Below the pieces are notes generated by a model. That model was not told where the DNA came from, ran no database searches, and worked only from the letters and a program-made list of their open reading frames with translations. The translations under genes and the position numbers were made by a program. A stretch of 62,686 nt of DNA, filler included, from Myxococcota bacterium (GTDB lineage Bacteria > Myxococcota_C > UBA6777), in NCBI GenBank assembly GCA_023150835.1. It is 7 parts of 7 records of this genome, joined end to end, with 100 filler letters (N's around TTAATTAATTAA, not from the genome) between each part and the next. Parts side by side here need not be neighbours in the genome. Positions count along the whole stretch, not along the records: positions 27,690 to 35,082 come from JAKLKB010000197.1; positions 35,183 to 42,476 come from JAKLKB010000198.1; 5 more parts are not named here. One strand, written 5' to 3'. This document shows, one piece after another, positions 27,769-37,517 of the stretch. Positions within the stretch are counted from its first letter, which is position 1, and each line of letters starts with the position of its first letter.

Positions 27769-30700
27769 ATGGGCGCGCTTTCGAGTATGGCCGTTCGGCG
27801 GGCCGTCACCTTTTCGATGCTTTATTTGATGATCCTCGGGTTTGGGATGTTCTCGTTTTCTCAACTCAAACTCGACTTGTTCCCCGAACTCAAATTCCCC
27901 ACCATCGCCATCATCAACAACTATACAGGCGTCAGCCCCGAAGAGATCGAGACCTTGGTGTCTCGACGCATTGAATCTGCGGTGGCTTCGGTAAAAAACG
28001 TCAAGCGGATCTCGACCACCGCGAAGCTTGGGGCTTCTTTGATGATCGTGGAGTTGGAGTGGGGCACCAATATCGATCAATCCATGATGGATATCCGCGA
28101 AAAGATCGACCTTGTTCGCAAGTTGATCCCCGAAGAAGCACGCCAGCCGATCTTGTTTGCCTTCGATCCCTCGCTGCAACCGATCCTGCTCGTCGCAGTC
28201 AACACAAAAGGCAACTTGATGCAGATCCAAGATCTGATCGATCGCCGCATCAAGCCGTTGATCGAGCGTTTGCCGGGGGTTGCGTCGGCCAACATCACAG
28301 GCGGCTCGAAACGCGAGATCCAGATCATGGTCGATCCGATCAAGCTCCAAGGTTATGGCATCGCTTTGGTGCAAGTGCTACAAGCCCTCAACGCAGAAAA
28401 CGTTCAAGTCGCCTCGGGCATCTTGGAGCAAGGAAAGCGCGAATTTTCGTTGCGCACGATGGGCAACTTTACAGACGTCGATCAGATGAAGCGCGTCGTG
28501 ATCGGCTACAAAAGCCAAGGCCCGGGCGTCATGCCACAGCCGATCTTTTTGCAACAAGTGGCAACCGTGATCGATGGAGAAGAAGAAGAAAAACGCGCCA
28601 TCCGTTCGGACGGAAAGCCCGGCATGTTGTTGATGATCCAAAAACGCTCGGACGCCAACACCGTACAGGCCGTCAAAGCCGTCGAAGACGACCTGCCCAA
28701 ACTCAAAAAGCTGCTTCCCCCCGGCACCGACTTCAGCATCCTCTTCAACCAAAGCGATATCATCACACAATCGATCTCCAACCTGCAAAGCTCGGCCTCT
28801 CAAGCCTTTTTTCTTTCGGTGTTGGTGTTGCTGTTCTTTTTGCGGTCCTTTCGCACTTCTTTCATCATCGCCTTGTCGATCCCGATCTCTGTGATCGCGA
28901 CCTTTAGCGTCATGTACATGGCCAAGATCACGCTCAACATTATCTCGATGGCTGGACTCGCCCTTGCTGTCGGGATGTTGGTCGATAACTCGATCGTCGT
29001 GCTGGAGAACGTGTACCGCCACTTTGAAGAAGGCAAGTCCGCCGAAGAAGCCTCGATCCAAGGCAGCAAAGAAGTTGGGGTTGCGATCATGGCCTCGACG
29101 CTAACGACCCTTGCGGTATTTATCCCGATCTTGTTTGTCCCCGGGATCGCGGGCGCATTGTTTCGAGATATGGTGATCACGATCTGCTTTTCGCTTACGG
29201 CTTCGTTGCTCGTCGCGATCACCTTGATCCCGATGATGTCTTCTAGGCTTCTCACGGACAGCAGCCGCCAGAGACACAAAAACCCCGGTGCCTTCGGTCG
29301 TATGGTCGAGGGTATGCTCGTTGCGATGGATCGGATGTATGTGGGTGTGCTGCGTTGGTCCTTGGTCTGGCGCAAAAGTACCATCCTGATCGGCTTTTCC
29401 ACCTTGATCGTCGTTGTGGTACTCGCTGGCTTGATGCAAACGGACTTTCTGCCCAAAACAGATGACAGCACGATCTTTCTACAGTACGAACGCAGCCCGG
29501 GGACTTCTTTGCAAGAGACCTTGCGCACAGGCGACTACATGGAGCGCCTGCTTCGTCAAAAATACGGAAGTGCCGTAGAGTCGGTGATTATCGAAGCAGG
29601 GGTTGGTGAGGGGTTTGCGGCTCTCTTTGGGAAAGGCTCGTATGCCGGACAGTTGCGTGCGCGGCTGTCTTCGTTAAGCAAGCGCAGCGTCGGCAAGTGG
29701 GATATCGTCGAAGAGATCCAGCGCATGTACGCACAAATCCCCGACCTTAAAGTCATGGTTCAAGAGATGGGCCCGGGAGCCTTCGGTGGGCAGGGCGATA
29801 TCGATATCCAACTTTACGGATACGACTTTAACATCGCACGCGAACTGGCCGAACAAGTCAAGCGCGTCGTCAGCCAACTCCCCAACGTCACCTCTGTGTC
29901 CTCTTCTCTCGAAGACGGAAAACCCGAGCTTCAGATCCAGTTCCACCGCGACCGCATCCACGCGCTCGGCCTCAGCCCGATCGCGATCGGAAACACCATC
30001 TCGACGGCCTTCAAAGGCTCGATCGCAACGCTGTTTCGAGACCGAGGCAGCGAATACAACGTCGTTGTCCGCTTCCAAGAACGCTACCGAAACAAGATCG
30101 AACACCTCAAGCGCCTGTTGATCACAACACCCACAGGGAAAAACGTTCCCCTCGAAACCATCGCAGATGTCAAGATGGCCCTTAGCCCCGTCAAGATCGA
30201 GCGCAAAGATCAACAACGCGTCGCCATCGTCGGCGTTAACATCACCGCAGGCTCGATGGGTAAGGTCGTTGAAAGTGTACGCAACGCGATGGACACACAG
30301 ATCAACATGCCTGCCGATTTTTATTACAAACTGGGCGGAAAAGCCGAAGACTTCATCACTTCGTTCCAATGGCTGGGTGTGGCCTTTTTGGTCTCGATCT
30401 TGTTGGTGTACATGGTGATGGCAAGTCAGTTTGAGTCGTTGTTTGCGCCGTTTGTGATCTTGTTTTCGATCCCGTTATCAGGGATCGGCGTGTTGTTGGC
30501 GCTGATCCTTACCAACACTCCGTTGAGCATTATGGCGGTGGTTGGGGTGGTGATGCTCGTTGGGATTGTCGTGAACAACGCGATCGTCTTGATCGACTTT
30601 ATTATCCAGATCCGGCAAGAGCGCGAGATATCCGTGACAGATGCGGCTTTGGAAGCGGGTCGTGTGCGATTGCGACCGATCTTGATGACCAGCGCCACCA

Positions 30701-30972
30701 CCATCCTCGGGATGTTGCCGATGTCACTTGGGATCGGTGAAGGTGCGGAAAACTGGGTGGGTCTTGGCCGCGTTGTGATGGGCGGAATGATTAGTTCGAC
30801 CGTCCTCACCTTGGTGGTCGTACCCGTCTTTTATTGCTCTCTGTTTTTGACCTTCGAGCGCATCAAAGGCTTCTTTTCCCGAGGCTCCCGTCCCCCGTCA
30901 TCGGGCCATCCCTCCGCGTCCTCGCAACTACCGCAACAAACCGACGATGCCTTTTCCGCCCCTTCCGCCTAA
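27769..30972 (+). CDS. RND efflux permease (AcrB/AcrD/AcrF family)
   Basis: 1067 aa; LAVGMLVDNSIVVLEN, GIVVNNAIVLID, RLRPILMTS; 12-TM pattern. Confidence 0.95.
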   Translation: MGALSSMAVRRAVTFSMLYLMILGFGMFSFSQLKLDLFPELKFPTIAIINNYTGVSPEEIETLVSRRIESAVASVKNVKRISTTAKLGASLMIVELEWGTNIDQSMMDIREKIDLVRKLIPEEARQPILFAFDPSLQPILLVAVNTKGNLMQIQDLIDRRIKPLIERLPGVASANITGGSKREIQIMVDPIKLQGYGIALVQVLQALNAENVQVASGILEQGKREFSLRTMGNFTDVDQMKRVVIGYKSQGPGVMPQPIFLQQVATVIDGEEEEKRAIRSDGKPGMLLMIQKRSDANTVQAVKAVEDDLPKLKKLLPPGTDFSILFNQSDIITQSISNLQSSASQAFFLSVLVLLFFLRSFRTSFIIALSIPISVIATFSVMYMAKITLNIISMAGLALAVGMLVDNSIVVLENVYRHFEEGKSAEEASIQGSKEVGVAIMASTLTTLAVFIPILFVPGIAGALFRDMVITICFSLTASLLVAITLIPMMSSRLLTDSSRQRHKNPGAFGRMVEGMLVAMDRMYVGVLRWSLVWRKSTILIGFSTLIVVVVLAGLMQTDFLPKTDDSTIFLQYERSPGTSLQETLRTGDYMERLLRQKYGSAVESVIIEAGVGEGFAALFGKGSYAGQLRARLSSLSKRSVGKWDIVEEIQRMYAQIPDLKVMVQEMGPGAFGGQGDIDIQLYGYDFNIARELAEQVKRVVSQLPNVTSVSSSLEDGKPELQIQFHRDRIHALGLSPIAIGNTISTAFKGSIATLFRDRGSEYNVVVRFQERYRNKIEHLKRLLITTPTGKNVPLETIADVKMALSPVKIERKDQQRVAIVGVNITAGSMGKVVESVRNAMDTQINMPADFYYKLGGKAEDFITSFQWLGVAFLVSILLVYMVMASQFESLFAPFVILFSIPLSGIGVLLALILTNTPLSIMAVVGVVMLVGIVVNNAIVLIDFIIQIRQEREISVTDAALEAGRVRLRPILMTSATTILGMLPMSLGIGEGAENWVGLGRVVMGGMISSTVLTLVVVPVFYCSLFLTFERIKGFFSRGSRPPSSGHPSASSQLPQQTDDAFSAPSA

Positions 30973-31091
30973 TACGGTATCCCAGAGACGCGTACACGAA
31001 ACGTCAACACGATTCGCTGTACACGCCCTGCTGTTGGGCAGCCCCCTGTAGGGGCTACCTTTTTCGATCACACAACGGGCGGATTTCGCCT
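30972..31091. mobile_element. MITE family A copy beginning on the stop codon
   Basis: TAATACGGTATCCC...CGGATTTCGCCT. Confidence 0.6.
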
Positions 31092-31320
31092 AGGCCTCCG
31101 CACACGCCTCCCGCCATTTTCCTACAACCATCGCAACAAACAGGCGAGACCTTTTGCGCCCCTTCTGCATGATTCCAGATCGCCCGATGGATTGGGAAAA
31201 ATGCGGGATCTTCGTTGACAAGGTTCGCTGCTTTCTGCAACATAAGCGCCTTTCGCACAATTCACGTTCTTCAAGGCGTAGATGCCGAGAGATGTTCATC
31301 AGAAAGCGGAGGATACAGGG

Positions 31321-34242
31321 ATGCAGACAAGCGCAACGCAGGCGATCGAATGGATGCAGAGAAGCGCGAAACGAGCGGTTGGATGGTGGCGTTGCTTGCT
31401 CGCGGCACTGATCGCGATCGTAGGCGGAAGCGGGATACGCACCGCTCAAGCAGAAACACCGCCCGATCCAGTCTTTGAATTAAGCATCCTCTATACAACC
31501 GATATCAACGGTCAATTCCGCGACTTTCGATGCCGTCGACGCGATGTCGAAGGTTATCAACACGAAGCCGCCAAACGCGATGTCTCCAACCTACTCTTCC
31601 AAGTCAACCGCATCCGCAAAGAGATCGTAGGCCGCTACATCGACCCCACCCGCAACCAAGACGCCAAACCTCTGCTCTTCAATACAGGCGATAACTTGGG
31701 GATCTCCCTCGCAGCCCGCTTTCTTTTGGAGTTCGAAGATCTGTCTGGCGTCGAGTTCATCGCCGAGGTTTTTCGGCGCTTTTCTTATGACCTGATCGGG
31801 ATCGGAAACCACGAGTTCTCCGTTCCCAACCGCAAAAAGCTCCAAGGCTTCATCGAACGCGCTGTCCTCGAAAAAGACCTCCGCTTCTCCGCCGCCAACA
31901 TGGACGCCCCCGCCGACCACCCGATCGCCAAGCTGATCAACAAACAAGGCCCCGAAAAAGTCAAAGCCTTCATCTTCGATCAAACCTTCCGCCGCACCTT
32001 CAAAGTCAAAGACGCCACAGGCAAAGAAACCGAAAAGACCATCGAAAAAAAGATCAAAGTCGGCGCGTTTCACCTCCTCCCCAACGAGATGGAAAAAAAA
32101 CTCTCCCCCGCGATCGCCAAAGATCTCAAGTTCACCGATCCCGGCTCCAAAGCCAGCGAGATCGCAACGTGGCTGCGCGATGAAAAAAAAGTCGACGTGG
32201 TGATCATGCTTTCCCACCTCGAAGAAAGCAAAACCAACGGCGCAAAAGTCAAAGAAGTTCTCGGTAGCGCTTCGGGGATCGATCTGGTGATCACCAACGA
32301 ACTCCGAGACGGGGACAAGGCCACCTTCACAGGAACCTTTGATCGCGATGGCAAGGGCGTTTACATCGTCGGCGGAGCCGCACATGGTTCGCTGCTCGGT
32401 CGTGTCCGCTTGCGCGTCAGCAAACCCAAAGACGACGAAGTCGGAAAAGTCCTCTCCGCCCAAATCGACTCTATCCCCCTCAATGACGCCAACTACGACA
32501 CCGAGCTACGACGCGAATTAATCAAGTGGGAGTCCTCCTATTGCCGCCGTTGGGGAACACCCCTTGGCAAGGGACGGATCCGCGACAAATACAAGATGAC
32601 TCAAGATCAATTCGCCGCCTATATGCTCAACACCATCCGCGAACTCACTCGCGCCGAGATCGCCATCATCAACAAAGGGGCCATCCGCAAACGACCCTTT
32701 GGAGACAGCGGACTCGCAGGATACGTCACCAAAGACGACCTCTATCGCGCCCTCCCCTTCAACGAAAAAATCGAAGTTCTGCGCGTCAAAGGCTCCGTCC
32801 TGAGCGGACTCAGCAGCGCCAGCGACAAATTCTATTTCGCAGGATTCGATGGCTCCCAAGTCAACGGGCGAGCCATCGAAGACACCCAAACCTACACCGT
32901 CGCCACCATCAGCTTCGTCGCCAACAACAGAGAAGGCGGCTTTGAAAAAGATAACCTCGCAGAACGCCGACTCTTCGCTTACAGCGACCAAAGCAACGAA
33001 AAGATCCGCGATCTGATGATCCATCACTTCGCAACCAACGGCTTCCGACAACTCCCCAAAGGCCCCGCCCCTGCACCCCCCGATTCGATGGACGAAAAAG
33101 ACAAAAAAGTTTTCAAACGCAAAGAATTCACCAACGAAGAGATCCCCTTCACTGGGGACTTTGTGAACCTCGCCGATCGCGTGGCCTTCAAATGGACAGG
33201 CCGTGTTGAACTCAATTTCCGCTCAATCTTCCTTGGACCCGTAAATATCGGGACTTTCTACCAACAAAAAGACACCCTTAGCGGGGGCTTTTTTGAGAAA
33301 TACGCCGGAACCTTCGCCGCCGAAACCAAGTTCCAAGTCGACACCCGCGCTCACCTCTGGGTCACCAGCATCAGCCTCAATTACGGGATCGACGTCAGCC
33401 GCCAGTGGTCCCCCGGACCACCCGCCCAACCCTCCCGCGATCTGATCTTCCAAGAAAGTGATGACCGCGTCTCGTTTCGCACCGAATACTCCTTCCGTTA
33501 TTTTGAAGCCCTCTTCCCCGGAAAGCAGCGCTGGTTCTACACCAACCCCTTCGTAGAAGCGCAGTTTGACATCGAGATCACACGCGGCAGCCGCCCTGAT
33601 ATCGAACCCGAACGCGCTTTCAAAGTCTTGGGCGTCACCGAGATCTTCCAAAACAGCGAAGCCAAGGCCAAGTTGGGACTCAGCTTTCAGCCTTTCCGCG
33701 ATTACCTGTTCAACCAAGCCCGCGAACAGGATGTCCAAAAACTCCAAGAAAAATTCCCCAAAGAAAAGATCCCCTCTTGGCAACCCGTCGACCTTCAGCT
33801 CAAGTTCGCCTTCGCTGTTCGCCGCCAATTGGCCTTGTTCTTGGTCCGCCAACCCAACTCCGCCCCCGTCGTCAACACCGACTTTAACATCGGTTTTTCC
33901 GTCGAATACAAACTCAATACCTTTCGCCTCGGTCAGATCGGGAAAACCCCGATCACATGGGATTCTAGCGCAGAGTATCTGTTTACCGTGGTCGTCGCCC
34001 CCGACAAACCCGAACTCGCAGCCCTCTACATCCACGACCTCGCATGGGACAACAAGATCAGCTTCCAGATCGTCGGTGGACTCAAGCTATCCTTGGGCCT
34101 GCGTTTCCTCGTATACTCCGGCTTTTTCCGCCGCGATCCCACCAAAGAATCCAGCCCCCTCGAACAAGGCCCCGTCGCCTTCCGCCTCGACCCCAACATC
34201 AGCCTCAGCTTCGACTGGGGCGCACGTGGACAAGCCTATTAA
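31321..34242 (+). CDS. Secreted 5'-nucleotidase-like metallophosphoesterase with long beta-strand-rich C-terminal domain
   Basis: Signal peptide; ILYTTDING, TGDN, GNHEF, LSH; 5'-NT C-domain IAIINKGAIR...DLYRALPFNE; about 350-aa amphipathic beta tail. Confidence 0.8.
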   Translation: MQTSATQAIEWMQRSAKRAVGWWRCLLAALIAIVGGSGIRTAQAETPPDPVFELSILYTTDINGQFRDFRCRRRDVEGYQHEAAKRDVSNLLFQVNRIRKEIVGRYIDPTRNQDAKPLLFNTGDNLGISLAARFLLEFEDLSGVEFIAEVFRRFSYDLIGIGNHEFSVPNRKKLQGFIERAVLEKDLRFSAANMDAPADHPIAKLINKQGPEKVKAFIFDQTFRRTFKVKDATGKETEKTIEKKIKVGAFHLLPNEMEKKLSPAIAKDLKFTDPGSKASEIATWLRDEKKVDVVIMLSHLEESKTNGAKVKEVLGSASGIDLVITNELRDGDKATFTGTFDRDGKGVYIVGGAAHGSLLGRVRLRVSKPKDDEVGKVLSAQIDSIPLNDANYDTELRRELIKWESSYCRRWGTPLGKGRIRDKYKMTQDQFAAYMLNTIRELTRAEIAIINKGAIRKRPFGDSGLAGYVTKDDLYRALPFNEKIEVLRVKGSVLSGLSSASDKFYFAGFDGSQVNGRAIEDTQTYTVATISFVANNREGGFEKDNLAERRLFAYSDQSNEKIRDLMIHHFATNGFRQLPKGPAPAPPDSMDEKDKKVFKRKEFTNEEIPFTGDFVNLADRVAFKWTGRVELNFRSIFLGPVNIGTFYQQKDTLSGGFFEKYAGTFAAETKFQVDTRAHLWVTSISLNYGIDVSRQWSPGPPAQPSRDLIFQESDDRVSFRTEYSFRYFEALFPGKQRWFYTNPFVEAQFDIEITRGSRPDIEPERAFKVLGVTEIFQNSEAKAKLGLSFQPFRDYLFNQAREQDVQKLQEKFPKEKIPSWQPVDLQLKFAFAVRRQLALFLVRQPNSAPVVNTDFNIGFSVEYKLNTFRLGQIGKTPITWDSSAEYLFTVVVAPDKPELAALYIHDLAWDNKISFQIVGGLKLSLGLRFLVYSGFFRRDPTKESSPLEQGPVAFRLDPNISLSFDWGARGQAY

Positions 34243-34365
34243 CTCGAAATCCGAGCGATCTGTGATCATAAGACGTAGGGGCGGTTGGCAAACCGCCCGA
34301 TTATTGGGCAGCCACACCTGTCTGCCCCTACATTTTTACGATAACTCAACGGGCGGATCTCGTCT
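34242..34365. mobile_element. MITE family A copy beginning on the stop codon
   Basis: TAACTCGAAATCCG...CGGATCTCGTCT with two REP hairpins. Confidence 0.65.
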
Positions 34366-34739
34366 GAGAGGGTGTCTCAAGCAGCGATATCTGTTGGAAG
34401 CGTACACATACAGGAGCGCTCCGTAGCCAAAAAAGCCGTGTTCGCAAGCGTTCAAGGTGTCGAGCTGTTGGCTTTGAAAAAGGCTGCTCGCCCCCTTGAT
34501 ACGGGGTCAAGGGGCCTTTGGTCCCTTGTGGGGTGTGGGGTGAAACCCCATACACGCCTTGTGAAGCGATGGTTGGGCAGCCACGGGGGGCTGCCCCTAC
34601 ACTTTTCCGAATGCTCTGTGATCGAAGGAGAGCGCGAAGACGCTCGATTCTTGGGCAGCCACGGGGGGCTGCCCCACCCTTTTGACGATCACGCACCCCG
34701 CGGATCTCGTATGAGTATGAGGCCTTGTGGGCGGGATTG

Positions 34740-34975
34740 GGCGGACAGCCTTTGCCCGACAGGGAAAACTTCGTTGAGGCGGACAAACAGCTTTTGCCCG
34801 ACTGGGAAAACTTCGTTAAGGCGGACAAACAGCTTTTGCCCGACTGGGAAAACTTCGTTAAGGCGGACAAACAGCTTTTGCCCGACTGGGAAAACTTCGT
34901 TGAGGCGAACAAACAGCTTTTGCCCGACTGGGAAAACTTCGTTGAGGCGAACAAACAGCTTTTGCCCGACTGGGA
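34740..34975. repeat. 42-bp tandem array (about 5.5 units)
   Basis: Unit TGCCCGACTGGGAAAACTTCGTTRAGGCGRACAAACAGCTTT; anchors at 34753, 34795, 34837, 34879, 34921, 34963. Confidence 0.93.
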
Positions 34976-35082
34976 GAAGAGCTTTTGTGTGGGAGAACAG
35001 AGAATTCCGAGGCAGCGAGGGCGTATGGGACCATAGCGCATAACGGGGTGATACGAGATCCGCCTGTAGTGTGATCGTCAAA

Positions 35083-35182
35083 NNNNNNNNNNNNNNNNNN
35101 NNNNNNNNNNNNNNNNNNNNNNNNNNTTAATTAATTAANNNNNNNNNNNNNNNNNNNNNNNNNNNNNNNNNNNNNNNNNNNN
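35083..35182. other. Artificial contig linker
   Basis: N-TTAATTAATTAA-N. Confidence 0.97.
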
Positions 35183-35183
35183 G

Positions 35184-37439
35184 ACCTCTTCAAATCACAC
35201 GATCCCATCGAACACGTCAGCCTCCTCTGAAACCTCCACTTCTCTGCATACACCTGACACTTCCGAACCATCGGATTTCTCCAACACCTCCGCTCTCTCC
35301 GACACTTCGGCCTCTTCTCAGACTTCCGCTCTCTCCGACACTTCGGCCTCTTCTCAGACTTCCGCTCTCCCTGATCCATCCGCTCCTTTGGAACCATCCG
35401 CTGCTTTTGCGCAGACCCTCGCAAACGCCGAAGCCGAGGCTTTCCCCGAACTGATGCCCGCCTTTGATGATGCACCACAGCCCGCCAAAGAGGCCAGATC
35501 CGCCGATGTGATCGGAGCCGAGATCGCAAGCAGCGGTGACGGCGATGGAGCCGAAATCTCCAGCAACGCCGCCAACCCCAACCCCTCTCAAGGGAATGCC
35601 GACACTCTCCTTGCCGCGCTCCTGTCCGAAAACGCTGCGCTGCCCGACATCGCCCAAAAGGCCGAGGCATTGGGAACACCAACCCCCTCACAACAAGAGA
35701 ACCAAACCCTCACCGAACGCCCGTCACAAGACGACCGCGCAGAAGACTCCACACACACGCCATCGCAAGAAGCCTCCGAGATATCCGACCTGTCTTTCCT
35801 CCTCACAGGAACCCTCCACGCTCCCCCTGCTCTGCCTCCCGTCAGCGAAGAAGTGATGGTTCTGCTGCCTATGCTTGACGACGAAAACGAGCGGATGCGC
35901 GAAGTCGCCCTCCAGTCCTTCCGAGATCTCCCTCGCGATCGTGCGATCGCAGCCCTGCTTTACGCGATCTTTCAACAACTTCAACCCGAAGATATCCTCG
36001 ACAACGGACAATTATCCGCCGACAAACAACAACGGCCCATTCATACGCTTTATCAACTCTTTACCCACCACAAAGAAGCCGCATCGACCGCCCTCTGCCA
36101 TCAGCTGTATCACCTCACACCTGAGCAAAACACCCTCGCCTTGCGTATTCTCCCCCATCTACCGCTCTCTCAAAGCGTTTGGCCTCATCTGATGCACTTC
36201 GTCCTCCGCCTCGACGAACACCTCGCCAAACCTTCGCTCGCTCTGCTCGAACAACACAAAGAAGATCCCACCCTCCAAGAGATCGCCGCCTATCTGCGCG
36301 ATCAGATCACCACCGAACAACCCGACTATGGCGCACGCGTGCTTCGACTCCTTCAAAAGCTCCATACACCCGAGATCACCAAAGCCACCCGACGCTTCCT
36401 TCACGTCCAAGAACCCCAGATCGCCGAGATGGCCGCACGCCTCACTTTGCTGTCTTTGCGCGAGCAAGCCAACCAAGACACCCTTCCCACCGCTCCACAC
36501 ACACCACGCCCCCTTTCCATCGAGCACATCTTTAGCAGCGACCTCGAAGATCCACCCGCTCTCCCTGCACCCGATCCCATCCTCCACGAGATCGTCAAAC
36601 TGCTCTCCCTGCCCGGCGACACGCTCCATCGTGAGGCCCTTTTGGTCTTGCGCGATATGCCTCCCCAACGCCTCACGCACACGCTACTTCACCACTTCCC
36701 CGGATCTCTCGAACTCAGCGACTTCAACGCTGACGGCGAACTCGATCTCCAAAAACAAAAAATCCCCGATGGCTACGTCTGGCTTTTGCTGTGCCAAACG
36801 CCCGAAAGCACACAAGGTCATCTGCTTCCACATCTCGCTCACAAACAATCGCGTATCCGCCTTCTTTCACTCAAACTCCTTCAGATCTTTCCTTCCTTTG
36901 ACCCGCTGCTGCCTTACCTCTTCCGCTATCTTCTCGACTTCAACGCCCTGATCGTCGAAGCCTGTCGCAAACTCTTGCGCCAAGTCAGCCACTCCATGAC
37001 CTTCCAAAAGATCCTCGAATGGATGCGCGAACAACTCGAATTCTCCGATCCCACACAAGCCATCCGCGCCGTCAAAGTCCTCGCTGTCTTGCGTGATACT
37101 GTCGCCGTTCCCAACTTAATCGAGCTTGTTCAACACGAAGATCGCGAACTCGCTGAAGCCGCAACACAAGCACTCCAACTCATCACCAAACAGATCCTCC
37201 CCACACAGCACAAGCCATGGAGCAAGTGGTGGAACAAATTCGGCTCTCACTCCGAACGCGTCGACTGGCTGATCGAAGCCATCCAACTCAAAGACGAAAC
37301 CATCGTCCAAGCCGCAAACCAAGAACTCATCGAACTCACAGGACAAGACTTTGGCCTCTCCTCGGAGATAGGACGCAAAGAACGCAACAACGTCATCCAA
37401 CAATGGAAAACATGGCGAAAACAACACCCCATCTTCTAA
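35184..37439 (+). CDS. HEAT-repeat protein with acidic disordered N-region, 5'-truncated
   Basis: Frame open from the contig start; HEAT helices and LI.L......A..AL..IT.Q.....W.KWW motif. Confidence 0.75.
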   Translation, partial: TSSNHTIPSNTSASSETSTSLHTPDTSEPSDFSNTSALSDTSASSQTSALSDTSASSQTSALPDPSAPLEPSAAFAQTLANAEAEAFPELMPAFDDAPQPAKEARSADVIGAEIASSGDGDGAEISSNAANPNPSQGNADTLLAALLSENAALPDIAQKAEALGTPTPSQQENQTLTERPSQDDRAEDSTHTPSQEASEISDLSFLLTGTLHAPPALPPVSEEVMVLLPMLDDENERMREVALQSFRDLPRDRAIAALLYAIFQQLQPEDILDNGQLSADKQQRPIHTLYQLFTHHKEAASTALCHQLYHLTPEQNTLALRILPHLPLSQSVWPHLMHFVLRLDEHLAKPSLALLEQHKEDPTLQEIAAYLRDQITTEQPDYGARVLRLLQKLHTPEITKATRRFLHVQEPQIAEMAARLTLLSLREQANQDTLPTAPHTPRPLSIEHIFSSDLEDPPALPAPDPILHEIVKLLSLPGDTLHREALLVLRDMPPQRLTHTLLHHFPGSLELSDFNADGELDLQKQKIPDGYVWLLLCQTPESTQGHLLPHLAHKQSRIRLLSLKLLQIFPSFDPLLPYLFRYLLDFNALIVEACRKLLRQVSHSMTFQKILEWMREQLEFSDPTQAIRAVKVLAVLRDTVAVPNLIELVQHEDRELAEAATQALQLITKQILPTQHKPWSKWWNKFGSHSERVDWLIEAIQLKDETIVQAANQELIELTGQDFGLSSEIGRKERNNVIQQWKTWRKQHPIF

Positions 37440-37517
37440 GCCTCCCTTCGTTCCCGCCCCAACCCCGTCTCGGCGCATCATCACCCTGCGCTCTCGTCTG
37501 ATCAGGAGCATACCCGC

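Noticed and set aside
27769-30972. RND permease lacking MFP/TolC partners
   Set aside because: The gene starts 80 bp from a contig break, so partners probably lie upstream on another contig.
34346-35081. ORFs spanning REP elements and the 42-bp array as real genes
   Set aside because: They run through non-coding repeats; open frames follow from the unit being a multiple of 3, and the silent variation in two frames is expected by chance.
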